DNA of 64,000 nucleotides from Tubulanus polymorphus (Eukaryota > Animalia > Nemertea), in the NCBI RefSeq assembly GCF_964204645.1, contig NC_134030.1, positions 22,528,210-22,592,209 of the forward strand, in the 5' to 3' direction. Of the stretch, positions 1 through 11,600 are shown piece after piece (within the stretch, counting starts at the first letter, position 1; each line of letters opens with the position of its first letter). Both the position numbers and the translations under genes were made by a program. The notes below the pieces were generated by a model, which was not told the origin of the DNA, did no database searches, and saw nothing but the letters and a program-made list of their open reading frames with translations.

Positions 1-1100
1 TTGAGCGAGCGTTGAGTGTACGTGCAGTCTGACTAAACCACAGCACACAGCACCGCGACACAGATCAAACCAGGTAAGACAATACGCTAGACACCTTCAA
101 ATACCACCAGGCAGATTCTTCAAATATCGGGTAAACGCAGATTTTAATATATTCATTTATATCTTCAGATATCAAGGGAAAAATTTATGAATAATTCATT
201 TCAACGCATTAATGAAATATGTTGAATATCTTTAGATATGGACAAAGTATATTACATATCTTACATTATCTCATATAGACCGAAAGGGGAACAATTCAAA
301 GTATATTTAGATATCACGGGAAAAACCTTTCTCATTATTTGGATGATTGACTGAATGATTTTCAAATAAATGAGCTGAACAGATTCAACCTCGTCTTTTA
401 ACTATTTCACATTTCTTTTCTAGATCCAGTTGCACAAAAGTCGATTAAGTTTTTACTCTACATTGTTAAATCTGTTTGTTTCAAACTACATCCCGATAAC
501 AACGCAATCTGCGCTATTTAGAAATTACAGAAATTATCACTTCACTAAATTGATACAGGGCGAACTGGATCGATAGACCACACCATCATCTGGTAGTTAC
601 ATTAATTAGGCTAATTAGTCTCGTCAATACAAACGTAATGAGTCTAATTAACCCGACGAGCCTGTAATCACAACACAGCTGAATTAGCCCTTCATTTCCA
701 CCGACTAGATCAGATAAAATCACAAAATAACTTATAACATTTCTTATCATTATTTCAAGATCAAAATGATAAATATTCTAAATGGACATTCGTGGTCTGC
801 TACTAGCAAATAACTAAATCAAATAATTATTATTACCAACATCTATTGTCATGATCAATATAATGATTATCACTATCATAATCTATTGTTTTCAATAATG
901 ATAAATTACGATAAATCAAAGTGACTTATTAATTATCATAATTAATTACTATTCATCATTTATGATCATTTATTTTTTTTTTTGTCACCTGAATTCAATC
1001 GGTGATAAAATAGATACGATCTTCTAAAATCAAAGAATAAATTCACTTATCGAGAATCCAAATGAAGAAGCGATGAATTTTATATGAAATTTTCTCTCGT

Positions 1101-1113
1101 GTTGCTAGGCAAT
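1101..1113 (+). promoter_or_regulatory. RFX X-box-like motif upstream of a candidate first exon of MS4A-like gene 1
   Basis: GTTGCTAGGCAAT, one mismatch from the X-box form GTTGCTAGGCAAC, ~130 bp upstream of the donor at 1241. Confidence 0.4.
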
Positions 1114-1560
1114 GGGTTCTATCGTTACGGACGCATTGTTGTGAAGGGGGACGATGATTTTCATCGGTCCCGGAGCGTTCCGTTTGCCGGTTACCGCTCA
1201 GTCGAATAGGAATAAACAAATACCGCTCGAGAATGAATCAGGTAAACGTTTCAATTAAACCAATTAAATAAACCTTACTTAAGAGTAGCGAAGTTAATTG
1301 AACTAATTTGCACATTCGAAAAAAATTGAACTTTTGAACATCATCTGGGAATAACTACTTGAACTGAGGCTAGATAAAATATTCACTTGTAATTAATTCA
1401 CCTTCAATTGAAATGATGGCATCTAATTTGGGTTATTTGATCAAACGGTAATTAATCTTTGTGAACTAATCAAATTGTAACCCATCTTAGACTAATTAAT
1501 CTAATTTTCCTAACCGAACCAATCTCTGATTAAAAAAAAAAGAATTTTCGTTTTCCAGAC

Positions 1561-2319
1561 ATGGATTTGAACCAGGTCGAGGAGGAAGGCACGGACAAAC
1601 TGAATACGGAGGATGCTTGTATACTCCGCAATCTGAGCGAACTACCCGACCGGGAACAGCGGGCGTCTTCGCAGAGCTCGTTAGAAATGGCCGACATTCT
1701 AATCGAAATCGACGAACGCCGACGAAAACCACCGCCGGGAATTTATGTAAAAAAGAAATCGCCGAACGACGCAAAGTTTAAGTCGAGTCGAAAGAAGTTG
1801 TTGATCGCGAGTTCGATTCAGCTGATCGCCGGGATTATCTCGTTGTTACTCGCGTGTTTCTGGCTCGCCGCCAACCCGTCGAGCGTCCACGCCGAGAAGG
1901 GTCTCTTATTCGCCGGTTTCGCCGTTTTAACAACGGCCGCCGTATCCGGTATCCGAGGCAACCGCATCGCGCTGATCCGCTGCGCCATTTTCGCCGTTTT
2001 ATCCATCGTCGTCGCGGCCGCCGCATTTTTACAAAATCTTATCGGAATCTACGCCGGCGACACCTATCGAGAAATCCCGGCAGCGTGCTCTCGGCTCGAT
2101 TGTCTCGATCATAAAATCACCGTGTTCGATTCGCGACGTGCTGCCCTCTATTATACGGCGGTGGTAACGTTTTTCGTGGGGTTTTTCGTCGCCACCGCGC
2201 AACTCTCGGTCTGCGTTTTAATTTTGACGTCGCAGGAAAATGATCACGATCAAATATTTATAGTAAATAACAGTTTGAATAACACAGCCGCCCGTTCGGA
2301 CGCTCAAACTCAAACATGA
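1561..2319 (+). CDS. CD20/MS4A-like four-transmembrane protein (252 aa, single coding exon)
   Basis: Four hydrophobic segments (LIASSIQLIAGIISLLLACFWL; GLLFAGFAVLTTAAVSGI; AIFAVLSIVVAAAAFLQ; TAVVTFFVGFFVATAQLSVCVLIL) with a Cys pair between TM3 and TM4. Acceptor ttttccag lies just before the ATG. Candidate 5'UTR donors at 73/74 (ccag|gtaaga) and 1241/1242 (tcag|gtaaac). Confidence 0.7.
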   Translation: MDLNQVEEEGTDKLNTEDACILRNLSELPDREQRASSQSSLEMADILIEIDERRRKPPPGIYVKKKSPNDAKFKSSRKKLLIASSIQLIAGIISLLLACFWLAANPSSVHAEKGLLFAGFAVLTTAAVSGIRGNRIALIRCAIFAVLSIVVAAAAFLQNLIGIYAGDTYREIPAACSRLDCLDHKITVFDSRRAALYYTAVVTFFVGFFVATAQLSVCVLILTSQENDHDQIFIVNNSLNNTAARSDAQTQT

Positions 2320-3504
2320 ACCAATTTTTCTATTTTCGTATTCTAAGTTTCTAAAAGTTGAAGGTTGATTTCAAACGCTTAAAGTGTTTCGTTTAGTTAG
2401 ACCTGTTCCACTTTTTATTTTTGATATTTCAATTTTTAGTTTACATTTTTTATTCTAAACTGTTTGAAAATTATTTTACGTTTACGTTCTTTTTAATGTT
2501 TCTGAGCAGTTAACTTAAAATTGTTCCATTTTTAATTTTCTCATTCTAACTTCTAAAAGTGGTATTTAATACTTCTCTAATAGATTAATCCATTCTATCT
2601 TAAAAGTATATTAGATTGTTTCATTCAAAGATGAACAAATTATATTTATTTCATTTCTACACAAAACTAATAACTTTAATGAAAATTAAGCCCCATTTCA
2701 ATTTTCTTTTATTAAATTTCTTAAGCGGTTTCATGTTTTTTTTTCTTATATCTGAGTAGTTATTCTTTTGTTTCATCCAATTCGGCCTGATATCAATAAT
2801 GGTAAATAATGATAATGATAATCAATTACCAATTATTGCGCGTTATTTAAGAAGAGCAACTATTCAAGATTGTTTCAAATTTTCAGTGTATACTTGGCTC
2901 TAAACCCGAGGGTCGTCCAGTTCTTAAGTTGCAAGTCAAATTCAACTTTACAAGAGTTAAAAACTAACAAGAAGAACCAAAAATTCATCTTTTTAAAATA
3001 TCTTTCTATGTATTAGACCCAGTTCCACAGGTGTTCATCGTGATTTCATTAAAATGGAAACTAACTTCCAAGTGTAGAACTGGATCCCACAAGAGATGTT
3101 CGAAAAATTCCAGGGCTGGCGTTGGTACACTTTGTGACTATCATAGATGTCAATTAGTAACACTAAACCAACTGGATCCAGTTCCACAGTCGTGACTTAA
3201 GATTTGACTCCGAGTTAAAACATCGAAAATGAACTATTCTTAACTCAGAGTTAGCATTAACTCACAACTGCAGAACTGGGCCCTGTTCCACAGTCATGGC
3301 TTAGACTTAAGACCAATTTAAGACCATCTTAGTTCTATAACCAATCCAACAATTCAAGACTAGTCTCAAAAGTTAGGACCATTTTTGGACTTAAGTCTCA
3401 ACTGAGGAACCAGCCCCTGGACCCTGGATCCTAATAGTTTATTTCAAATTTAATTCAGTAATTGAGTTAGTTTAAATAGTACATTTAGTTTTTATGCAAT
3501 GAGC

Positions 3505-3818
3505 TAGGGGCGGCGATGTGACGAGAGAATGCAGCAGTCTGTAAGGGGCGGTAGAATTCAGTCTCGTGTTGTTATTTATAGAATTGAATCGAAATGTCAC
3601 GTATCAATAATAACTTTGATACATACACAACAAAGATACAGCAGACACGGAGCTGCAATAACAGGGTGTGGTCACCAGTAACCTGGGAATATACGTGCTT
3701 ATCACATCTATCAACTGTGCATCAAACTGATCTGTTCCGCTCTTCTGGATAAATAAACTGGATTCTAATTGTGGATTTGTAACATCAGAACAGCAGGATT
3801 TATACGCAATAACCAAAG
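3505..3818 (+). promoter_or_regulatory. Putative promoter and non-coding exon 1 of MS4A-like gene 2
   Basis: Two GGGGCGG boxes (~3507, ~3545), TATA-like TATTTATA at ~3573, donor caaag|gtaaaa at ~3818, matching acceptor tttaacag| at 5894, 9 nt before ATG 5904. Confidence 0.45.
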
Positions 3819-4974
3819 GTAAAAATTGAGCTGATTTTGTCTCGTTTTTCAATGTTTTGCGTTCATTGGAAAAATGAAGTCAACGAATACAAAGTAAATG
3901 AACTACAAATTCTGAGACCTAACTTGAAACAAGGCTCTGGGCTCATACTGGTTAGATTGGCTATATATGGGTCATATGGTTAGATTATAAGACCAAGCCT
4001 AAGTCGATGTTTGTTCTATGACCAGTCAAACTTGAGATTCTTATATCAAAAGGGATATATTTTCACTAAGTATGATAAAACTCATAATTTTGATTTAATC
4101 TGCTTTGATTTATGTTGAACAATCAAAAATTCCATAATTCATTCATTCTATTTCTAAACTGTATAATTTCACTTATATTATACATATATAATTTATAAAT
4201 CCCATATGAAAAGCCTGAATTTTGAATGGGGCCCTAAATTATCTGTTTACAACTGGCAGTATATAGTAGTGTATGACACCTGATCACTGCTCACTCACTG
4301 AGGTCACATGACCACCACTGACCAATCACTGGCCAGCTACTAGGGTTAGCCAATCACAGAAACCCTAGCAGACTAGTAGGTCACCTTGGGAACTAAGGTT
4401 AGCCAATCACAGAAACCCTAGCATACCACTTATGTCACCAACTGGCTGACCAATCAGAGACGAGGACTTAGGGTTAGATTACAGCCAATCAGTTACCCTA
4501 GGGTTAGCCAATCACAGACACCCTAGCAGACCAGTTCATGTTGACCCAGAGGCCAGGTATAACAGGCCAGCTGAGAGTCCAATGATATTCTAAATAGATA
4601 TCTACAGCCAGTCTATTTTCATGGATCTATAGCTGATCTAACAGCTTATGTAGGGAAACCTGTTGAAATGACCGCTTGGTTTTATAGCCAATCTCCACAA
4701 CGTGTTTCAGAGTTGCACCCACCCAACTCGTTTTCAGATTCACCCCTCTGAAAATCAGCCACTCTGTATAAAATATCTGCTGCCTTTATCTGACTAAATA
4801 TTGTATCAATGCTGATACATGGAATATATTGAGCTAATGTGACAAATAGTATACCAAAATAAAGCATACATTTTTCGAAATCGCAAACCTTGCTAGCTAC
4901 TTGGGCAGTCATGATGTCATACAATGAATGCAGCACCTTTAACATTCCAGCATATGGAGAACACTGGATCTTAC

Positions 4975-5814
4975 AGCCCACTTCTTCAGGCCGGTCTAAA
5001 GATCTAAGCCCACTTCTTCTGGCCGGTCTAAAGATCTAAGCCCACTTCTTCAGGGAGGGCTAAAGATCTAAGCCCACTTCTTCAGGCCGGTCTAAAGATC
5101 TAAGCCCACTTCTTCAGGGAGGGCTAAAGATCTAAGCCCACTTCTTCAGGCCGGTCTAAAGATCTAAGCCCACTTCTTCAGGGAGGGCTAAAGATCTAAG
5201 CCCACTTCTTCAGGCCGGTCTAAAGATCTAAGCCCACTTCTTCAGGGAGGGCTAAAGATCTAAGCCCACTTCTTCAGGCCGGTCTAAAGATCTAAGCCCA
5301 CTTCTTCAGGCCGGTCTAAAGATCTAAGCCCACTTCTTCAGGGCGGTCTAAAGATCTAAGCCCACTTCTTCAGGGAGGGCTAAAGATCTAAGCCCACTTC
5401 TTCAGGCCGGTCTAAAGATCTAAGCCCACTTCTTCTGGCCGGTCTAAAGATCTAAGCCCACTTCTTCTGGCCGGTCTAAAGATCTAAGCTCACTTCTTCA
5501 GGCCGGTCTAAAGATCTAAGCCCACTTCTTCAGGCCGGTCTAAAGATCTAAGCCCGTCTAAAGATCTAAGCCCACTTCTTCAGGCCCGTCTAAAGATCAA
5601 AGCCCATTTCTTCAGATCTAAGCACATTTCTTCAGGCCGGTCTAAAGATCTAAACCCCCTTCTTCTGGCCGGTCTAAAGATCTAAACCCACTTCTTCTGG
5701 CCGGTCTAAAGATCTAAGCTCACTTCTTCAGGCCCGTCTAAAGATCTAAGCCCACTTCTTCAGGCCCGTCTAAAGATCTAAGCCCACTTCTTCAGGCCGG
5801 TCCAAAGATCTAAG
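4975..5814. repeat. 32-bp minisatellite, ~26 copies (agcccacttcttcaggccggtctaaagatcta)
   Basis: Directly visible tandem array with alternating ggccggtc/gggagggc variants in the 5' part. Confidence 0.95.
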
Positions 5815-5903
5815 TCCTCTCAAGAAATGAAGCTATGAAGTGAAATTTCCAATAATGATTAATAATTCTATGATAATGTTGTTATATTTAACAGTGATGA
5901 CAC

Positions 5904-6782
5904 ATGGACAGTGATTTATACACAACAGACCAGCACAGTCTGTACCCGCGTATACCCAGAATTCCTGAACATGACCTGAACGACCTCGACCTTCAAAGAC
6001 AACCACCGCAGCAGACGACTCCGACGATGACTCCGACGATTAGTCAAATCCCGATGCCGAACGAACCGCAAAGCGAAGTCCCGCCCGGTTTCCATCTTTT
6101 AGCCGCGTTGCAACAACAACAACAACAACAACGACAAACAAACAATTCGGGATTCTCAACAATGAACGTTGCCGGGCAACCGAGTTATGATTCACAGGCA
6201 GATGGAGCAGTGAAACGCTTCTCGAAAGCGAACGCAATTTTGGGCGCATTTCAGATCGTTAACGGGCTGTTTTTTATCGGCGCCGGTTTAACGTGGTTAC
6301 TATACTGGATTACGCCGTTGAACTTCTCCGTTTCAACCATCGTGGGCGGAGTTGTTATGCTAATTACCGGTAGTCTAGGCGTCGGTGGTCGCCGCGGTTA
6401 CAAGCGTTCGGTACTAGTAACGTGCGTGATATTCTGCGTATTTTCCGGCTTGGCGTCCGCCGGTTTGTTCACGTATAATTTCCTGTATTTCATCGCGTCT
6501 TATTGTTTTAGACGTTTCCTCAACCACGCGCCCCTCACTGGTATGACCTCGCCGTGCGTGGTTTATTTCGTCGGGTTGGTGCTCGCCGGCGTCGAGTTCA
6601 TAGTCGCCGTCGTTCAGGCCGGATACTGCAGTCACCAGGCGTGCTCCACCGCTAACAAACCGCAACAACCGATTTACAACTATTTCTATGTAACCAACGG
6701 CGCCGAACAGATCATACCATCGGCGCCCTCTAGCGACGGTACGGTACCGCCACCTGCCTATAGCACGTATGATAGGCGTTGA
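5904..6782 (+). CDS. CD20/MS4A-like four-transmembrane protein (292 aa, single coding exon)
   Basis: MS4A-type TM1 signature LGAFQIVNG, TM2 GGVVMLITGSLGV, two further TMs, Pro/Gln-rich N-terminus and a C-terminal PPAY (PPxY) motif. Confidence 0.8.
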   Translation: MDSDLYTTDQHSLYPRIPRIPEHDLNDLDLQRQPPQQTTPTMTPTISQIPMPNEPQSEVPPGFHLLAALQQQQQQQRQTNNSGFSTMNVAGQPSYDSQADGAVKRFSKANAILGAFQIVNGLFFIGAGLTWLLYWITPLNFSVSTIVGGVVMLITGSLGVGGRRGYKRSVLVTCVIFCVFSGLASAGLFTYNFLYFIASYCFRRFLNHAPLTGMTSPCVVYFVGLVLAGVEFIVAVVQAGYCSHQACSTANKPQQPIYNYFYVTNGAEQIIPSAPSSDGTVPPPAYSTYDRR

Positions 6783-6934
6783 ACGATTAACCCTTTTCTG
6801 CCTAATCCTACATTTACTGCGCAAATCATTATTGCACCTACTACAACTAATGATTTCTTGAAAACTCCTTCAAAATGGAAAATCAAACTCCTTTAATTCG
6901 AGCAAATGCCCGAAACTCTTTGAGAACTCCTTAA

Positions 6935-7220
6935 CCCTTTCAGTGCGTCTACACCGCAGTGAGGTGTATAGATCGGTGATGAATTTTGCTAGTACACCGC
7001 ACTGCAGTGTATTGATGTTATTAGTAATTAGTCTTATCTCTATTAAAGATGGCAGCACCTGTCAGACATAGTGAAATATCAGTAACTAATGATACACTCC
7101 GCCGCAGTGTAGACGCACTATAGTGGTATTCCCGTTATTCAACACACTAGGGTGGAATTTCTCAAAGTTTTCAAATCATCTCCAGCACTATAAGGTGTTA
7201 ATGAGTCAGCACTGAAAGGG
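6935..7220. mobile_element. piggyBac-like MITE, copy 1
   Basis: TTAA on both sides; TIR CCCTTTCAGTGC...GCACTGAAAGGG; same family at 10765 and 31470. Confidence 0.85.
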
Positions 7221-8657
7221 TTAAATCTTTAAAAACAGATATTCAGAAATGTTTGTCTAGTTCGTAGTTGTAGAGTCAACTATCCCTAAATCAGTAGAGT
7301 TGGGACTTACTGAATTATGAACCAAGTTTAGCTAGTGTAAAGACTAATAATGGCTTATAAAACCACCAGACTACTGAGATAAATAGTACTGATGAGTCGT
7401 ACTGTAATTGACTCTCATCAAAATTTGAAATTTTCTCCTTTAAAACTCCGTACACAGAGGAACGACTGATCTGTAGGTACCCGGTATGCATTAGAAATCT
7501 AGTTGGTCATTCTGTAAAAACAGCTGTTAAAACAATTTGAATTGAACACCTTTCTGCGTAGCCCCACTTACTGGGCCAACCTTATTCGACCAAATATTCA
7601 ATTTCACTTTTTGTCTTTCTGACGGAAGCTTTTCAATTAGTTAAACCTCAATTACTGATTCAATCCGTTTTTACCTCAAGCCACCATTACTGGGTAAACC
7701 CTGCTTTCCACTAGCATGAGCCCTAATATAACTTATCAATTACTGTCGTAACGGCTTATCAAAACTCTAGGCTCCACTTGGGAACCTTTCTCTAAAATCC
7801 TGTTAATTGTTTTTCCTGTTTAAAACTCGATTTTTCTGTAGTTAAATGGTTTTCACACATGAAAATTATGTGCTTTCTAGATCACTAGACGCCAAGGGCT
7901 AACTCGTGCTTAGTCAACTAATTTGTTTATCATCTAAAAGTTTGTGTTAATCTAATTAGAAATATTCCGTAGTTGATTCTATCACGATCAGAGGTGACCT
8001 CTGTATGCCTGAATTTGTTAAATAAATACAAAGCTTAAGATTAAGATTGTACCTTACCCCCAGCGGTATGTACTATTTGAAGTTGTATATTTTTTGAAAG
8101 GTTGTATTTGCTGTGATATATTATGTGACACTACTCTCTGTAGACGTTGATTTATTTCTTTTATCGTCGTTTTTAAATTAGAATTTATAAATATTTGCTC
8201 CGTATGAAAATTGTTACACGTTCAACACAAATCAAAATAAAAGATTTTATTCGTTTAAATGAATGGAGCGTTATTCGATGATTCTAAGCGCAACCATTTT
8301 CCGAGTTGGCGAGGGGAACCCAGAGAGACAAGGGGCCGCTCGTAGATAATTGGAAGGCTGAGATCAGACGAAAAGGCATCTCTAGTTTGAAGAAATACAT
8401 CCTGACAGATGCGATTTCCGAGGGGATGAGCATCTAATTTGCAACGATCTGTTCCGACGTAAAAGGGCAACCTCAACGAAAAGGCAGGTACCAGTCCATC
8501 GAAACCACACCCAACATCTGACCAAGTACAATCATTTGAGGACTAACATTTAAGTTTAACATTTGCAGGTATTTACTCAGACACCTAAATATCTGCAGGT
8601 ATTTACCCAGTTGCGAGTCAGACAACTAGTTCCAACAGTTGTAAGAGTTTGATTTAC

Positions 8658-11600
8658 CTTTATCTTTCATTAAACTTCCCCTTCGACTTTCTGCAAAATA
8701 AAATAGACAAAATATGTATAGAATTGTGACAAATTCTAATGTGATTTGCCCCTTTATTTCCTGAATCTCAACTTCTGGTAATAGGGGTGACCGAAACACT
8801 GATGATATATTCTCAAAAGGTTTTTCAAATGGACAATAAACGAAACCAACAAAATGATCATATATAGATTTGTATATAATCGATTGTGGGTTTCGCTAAT
8901 AGGGGTATCCCTAAAATCTTAATGCAAGCGGTTTAAAACTTGTTGACGAACAGTTCTTGTGTGAAGAGAGGAGGAAATTGAATTCAATTTAATTTAATCA
9001 ACTTTCTGCAACAACTATTCCGGGCAAAATGTTTAACTGTGCACACATACTGTTCGCAATGGGAGACAACAAATGCCAATTTAAGAGATAGAAAAGAGTT
9101 CGCTGTAGAAAGGTTCTCTTACTTGAGAATTAAGAATATTTTGCATATTGTGGAAAACCACTGTGGGAAGTTTTACTGATGACGAAAATGATGAATACCT
9201 CTTGATGATTTATCTTTGCCGGTGATAGTGACTCTACGCACTCCGGCGCTGTGGATCTCGCGATGGATCTGACGCGGTTTCTCCAGTCCCATCGCCGTGG
9301 CAAGCTGGTATTGTAACGCCGTCTTAATCGAGCCGATTAAATCGGGAAGCCACGATTCAACTTGACCGTCGCAAATCAAAGCCTGTATAAAATAAACGCA
9401 CGAAACTTTTATACTCTTATTTTCTCATGAAAACTTAAATCTCTACACTCTCAAGTTGTCGTTAGACAAATGAAGGTTTATGAAAGCTGGTCGAAAATAG
9501 CTATAGATAGAAGTACAAATGTAGTATGGATGGATGGAGGAATTAATGAATGAATGAATGAATGAATGAATGCTTTATTCTCCCTAATAACAAATAATTG
9601 ATATACGCACTTAAATACAATTCAAGAAAAGGACATCTCCAAGCCGGGGCCTGTACCATAAGGGGAGATGCCCTGTAGTAAACATGGTCTTGAAAGGGTT
9701 AGACTTTATTGATAGGTTCAGGTGACAAATTCAGGTTTTTGAACGGAGAAGAGCCTAGTCTCTTACATAGGGGCAGTATGCAAATCAAAAGATCTAAAAG
9801 AGTCATAGTTTCATAACAATATGAATTCAAAATTACCAAATTTTACCCAAGTTTTTTACTAGTGATTTTTCTATTCTGCCAGATACCATCATACTAGACG
9901 GGCGTCAACATTATACTGATGACTGGTTGTTGAAGGTGATTTTAAAGAAAAATCGCTGAAGAAAGTGGTCCTAGGGCAATTGCTATTTCAGAACTATGCT
10001 GAATGGTGTAAAATTAATTTCCCAAAGTAAATGAAAATCTATCAGATAATTCCTGATATTTTCAAACAGCGAAATGTGATTTTGAAATACTGAAGTTTTT
10101 CCTGATTTTACCGGTACTGTAGAAAGCTGTACAGAATAACGAGAGAAATCCCACAATAACGAAGCCAAGATTGAAAAATTCTATATCAGAATGATTATAT
10201 TTTTGAGGAGCGACATCTAACAACTGTTGGCCATCATCAAGCGTACTGGAACGTACTCAGTACGCCTGATGATGGCTAACAGTTGTTAGCCGAAACATCG
10301 CACCTCAAATACAATCATTCCGATATAGAATTTTTCAATCTTGGCTTCGTTATTGTGGGATTTCTCTCGTCATCATCATACACGGATATTGTGTATCTTC
10401 TCGTCTAGCTGTACAGAATAACCTCTTTAGAAGTAAGCAAATAAATATCATCTATAAAAGTTGTAAGTAGGCTCGGAACTTACGTCAACAAATGATAGTT
10501 TTTCGCCAAGTGCGCAGAGTATTCCGTTTATACTGAACACCGACTTATCGCCCTCTTCGATAATCTCATACGATAAACCACCGATATTCTCAAACAGTTT
10601 ATTGATATATCGATTCATTTGACCGATGTCGTAACCTACAAATGAATACAGTCAGAAACAAACATCAGTCAGAAATTAATCAGAATTATCAGGTCATTTA
10701 GCGCTTTTTTCAAACATAGTCATTTTCTTTATTAAGATATAAAATCTTACAAATATCCGTTTAACCCTTTCAGTGCTGACTAATTAATACCCTACAATGC
10801 TGAAGATAATTTAAAAATTTTGAAAAATTCCACCCTAGTGTTTTGAATAACGGGAATACCACTAATGCGTCAACACAGTAGCGCGATGTATCGTTAGTTA
10901 CTAGTATTTCACTGTTTGACAGGTGCTGCCATTTTTCAAAAGAGATAATTACTAATTACATCAATACATCGTAGTGCAGTGTACTAGCAACATCTATCAC
11001 TAATTTATACACCGCACTGCGGTGTAGACGCACTGAAAGGGTTAAATAATGAATAAAGTATTTTTCATACTATGAAAATTTCGAATTCGAAATAACCGAT
11101 TAATTCAGTGCGTTTATTACCGTTGCAGACGATATGCAGCACGTCTTCTAAAGACAGGAAATAGAAACGTGGAAATTTCTGCCGACGTCTCTCCAGATGA
11201 TTCAACAGTGACTTGCGACAATTCTCCAACACGGCATCCATTCGTTCCAAAATATGCGAGATATCTAAACACGGAAATAATATCATAGTTTACAGTCAAA
11301 AAACCCTAGAGTCATTCGCATGGTTTTTGGCTCTAAGTTGACTCTCGCAGTCATTTTTCAAACTTTGGCAGACTTAACTGTTGAACTAGGTCTAGCATTC
11401 AGTACCACTTAAATTTTGATTTTAAGGTTTCAAAACATTGGAATTTAACTAATTTTTACTCTTAACCAGGGCTAGGTTTCATAGATGTGGAAACAAAATA
11501 ATCCCTGGGAATATTTTGAAATTTGTCAGTTGAAACCATGGTTTCTCATTGTTAGTATGGTGGTTGTCTTGTCACCCAGATAGAGGATTTACCCCTAGGG

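Noticed and set aside
7386-7422. CTGATGAG hairpin resembling a hammerhead
   Set aside because: Lacks the GAAA core after the stem.
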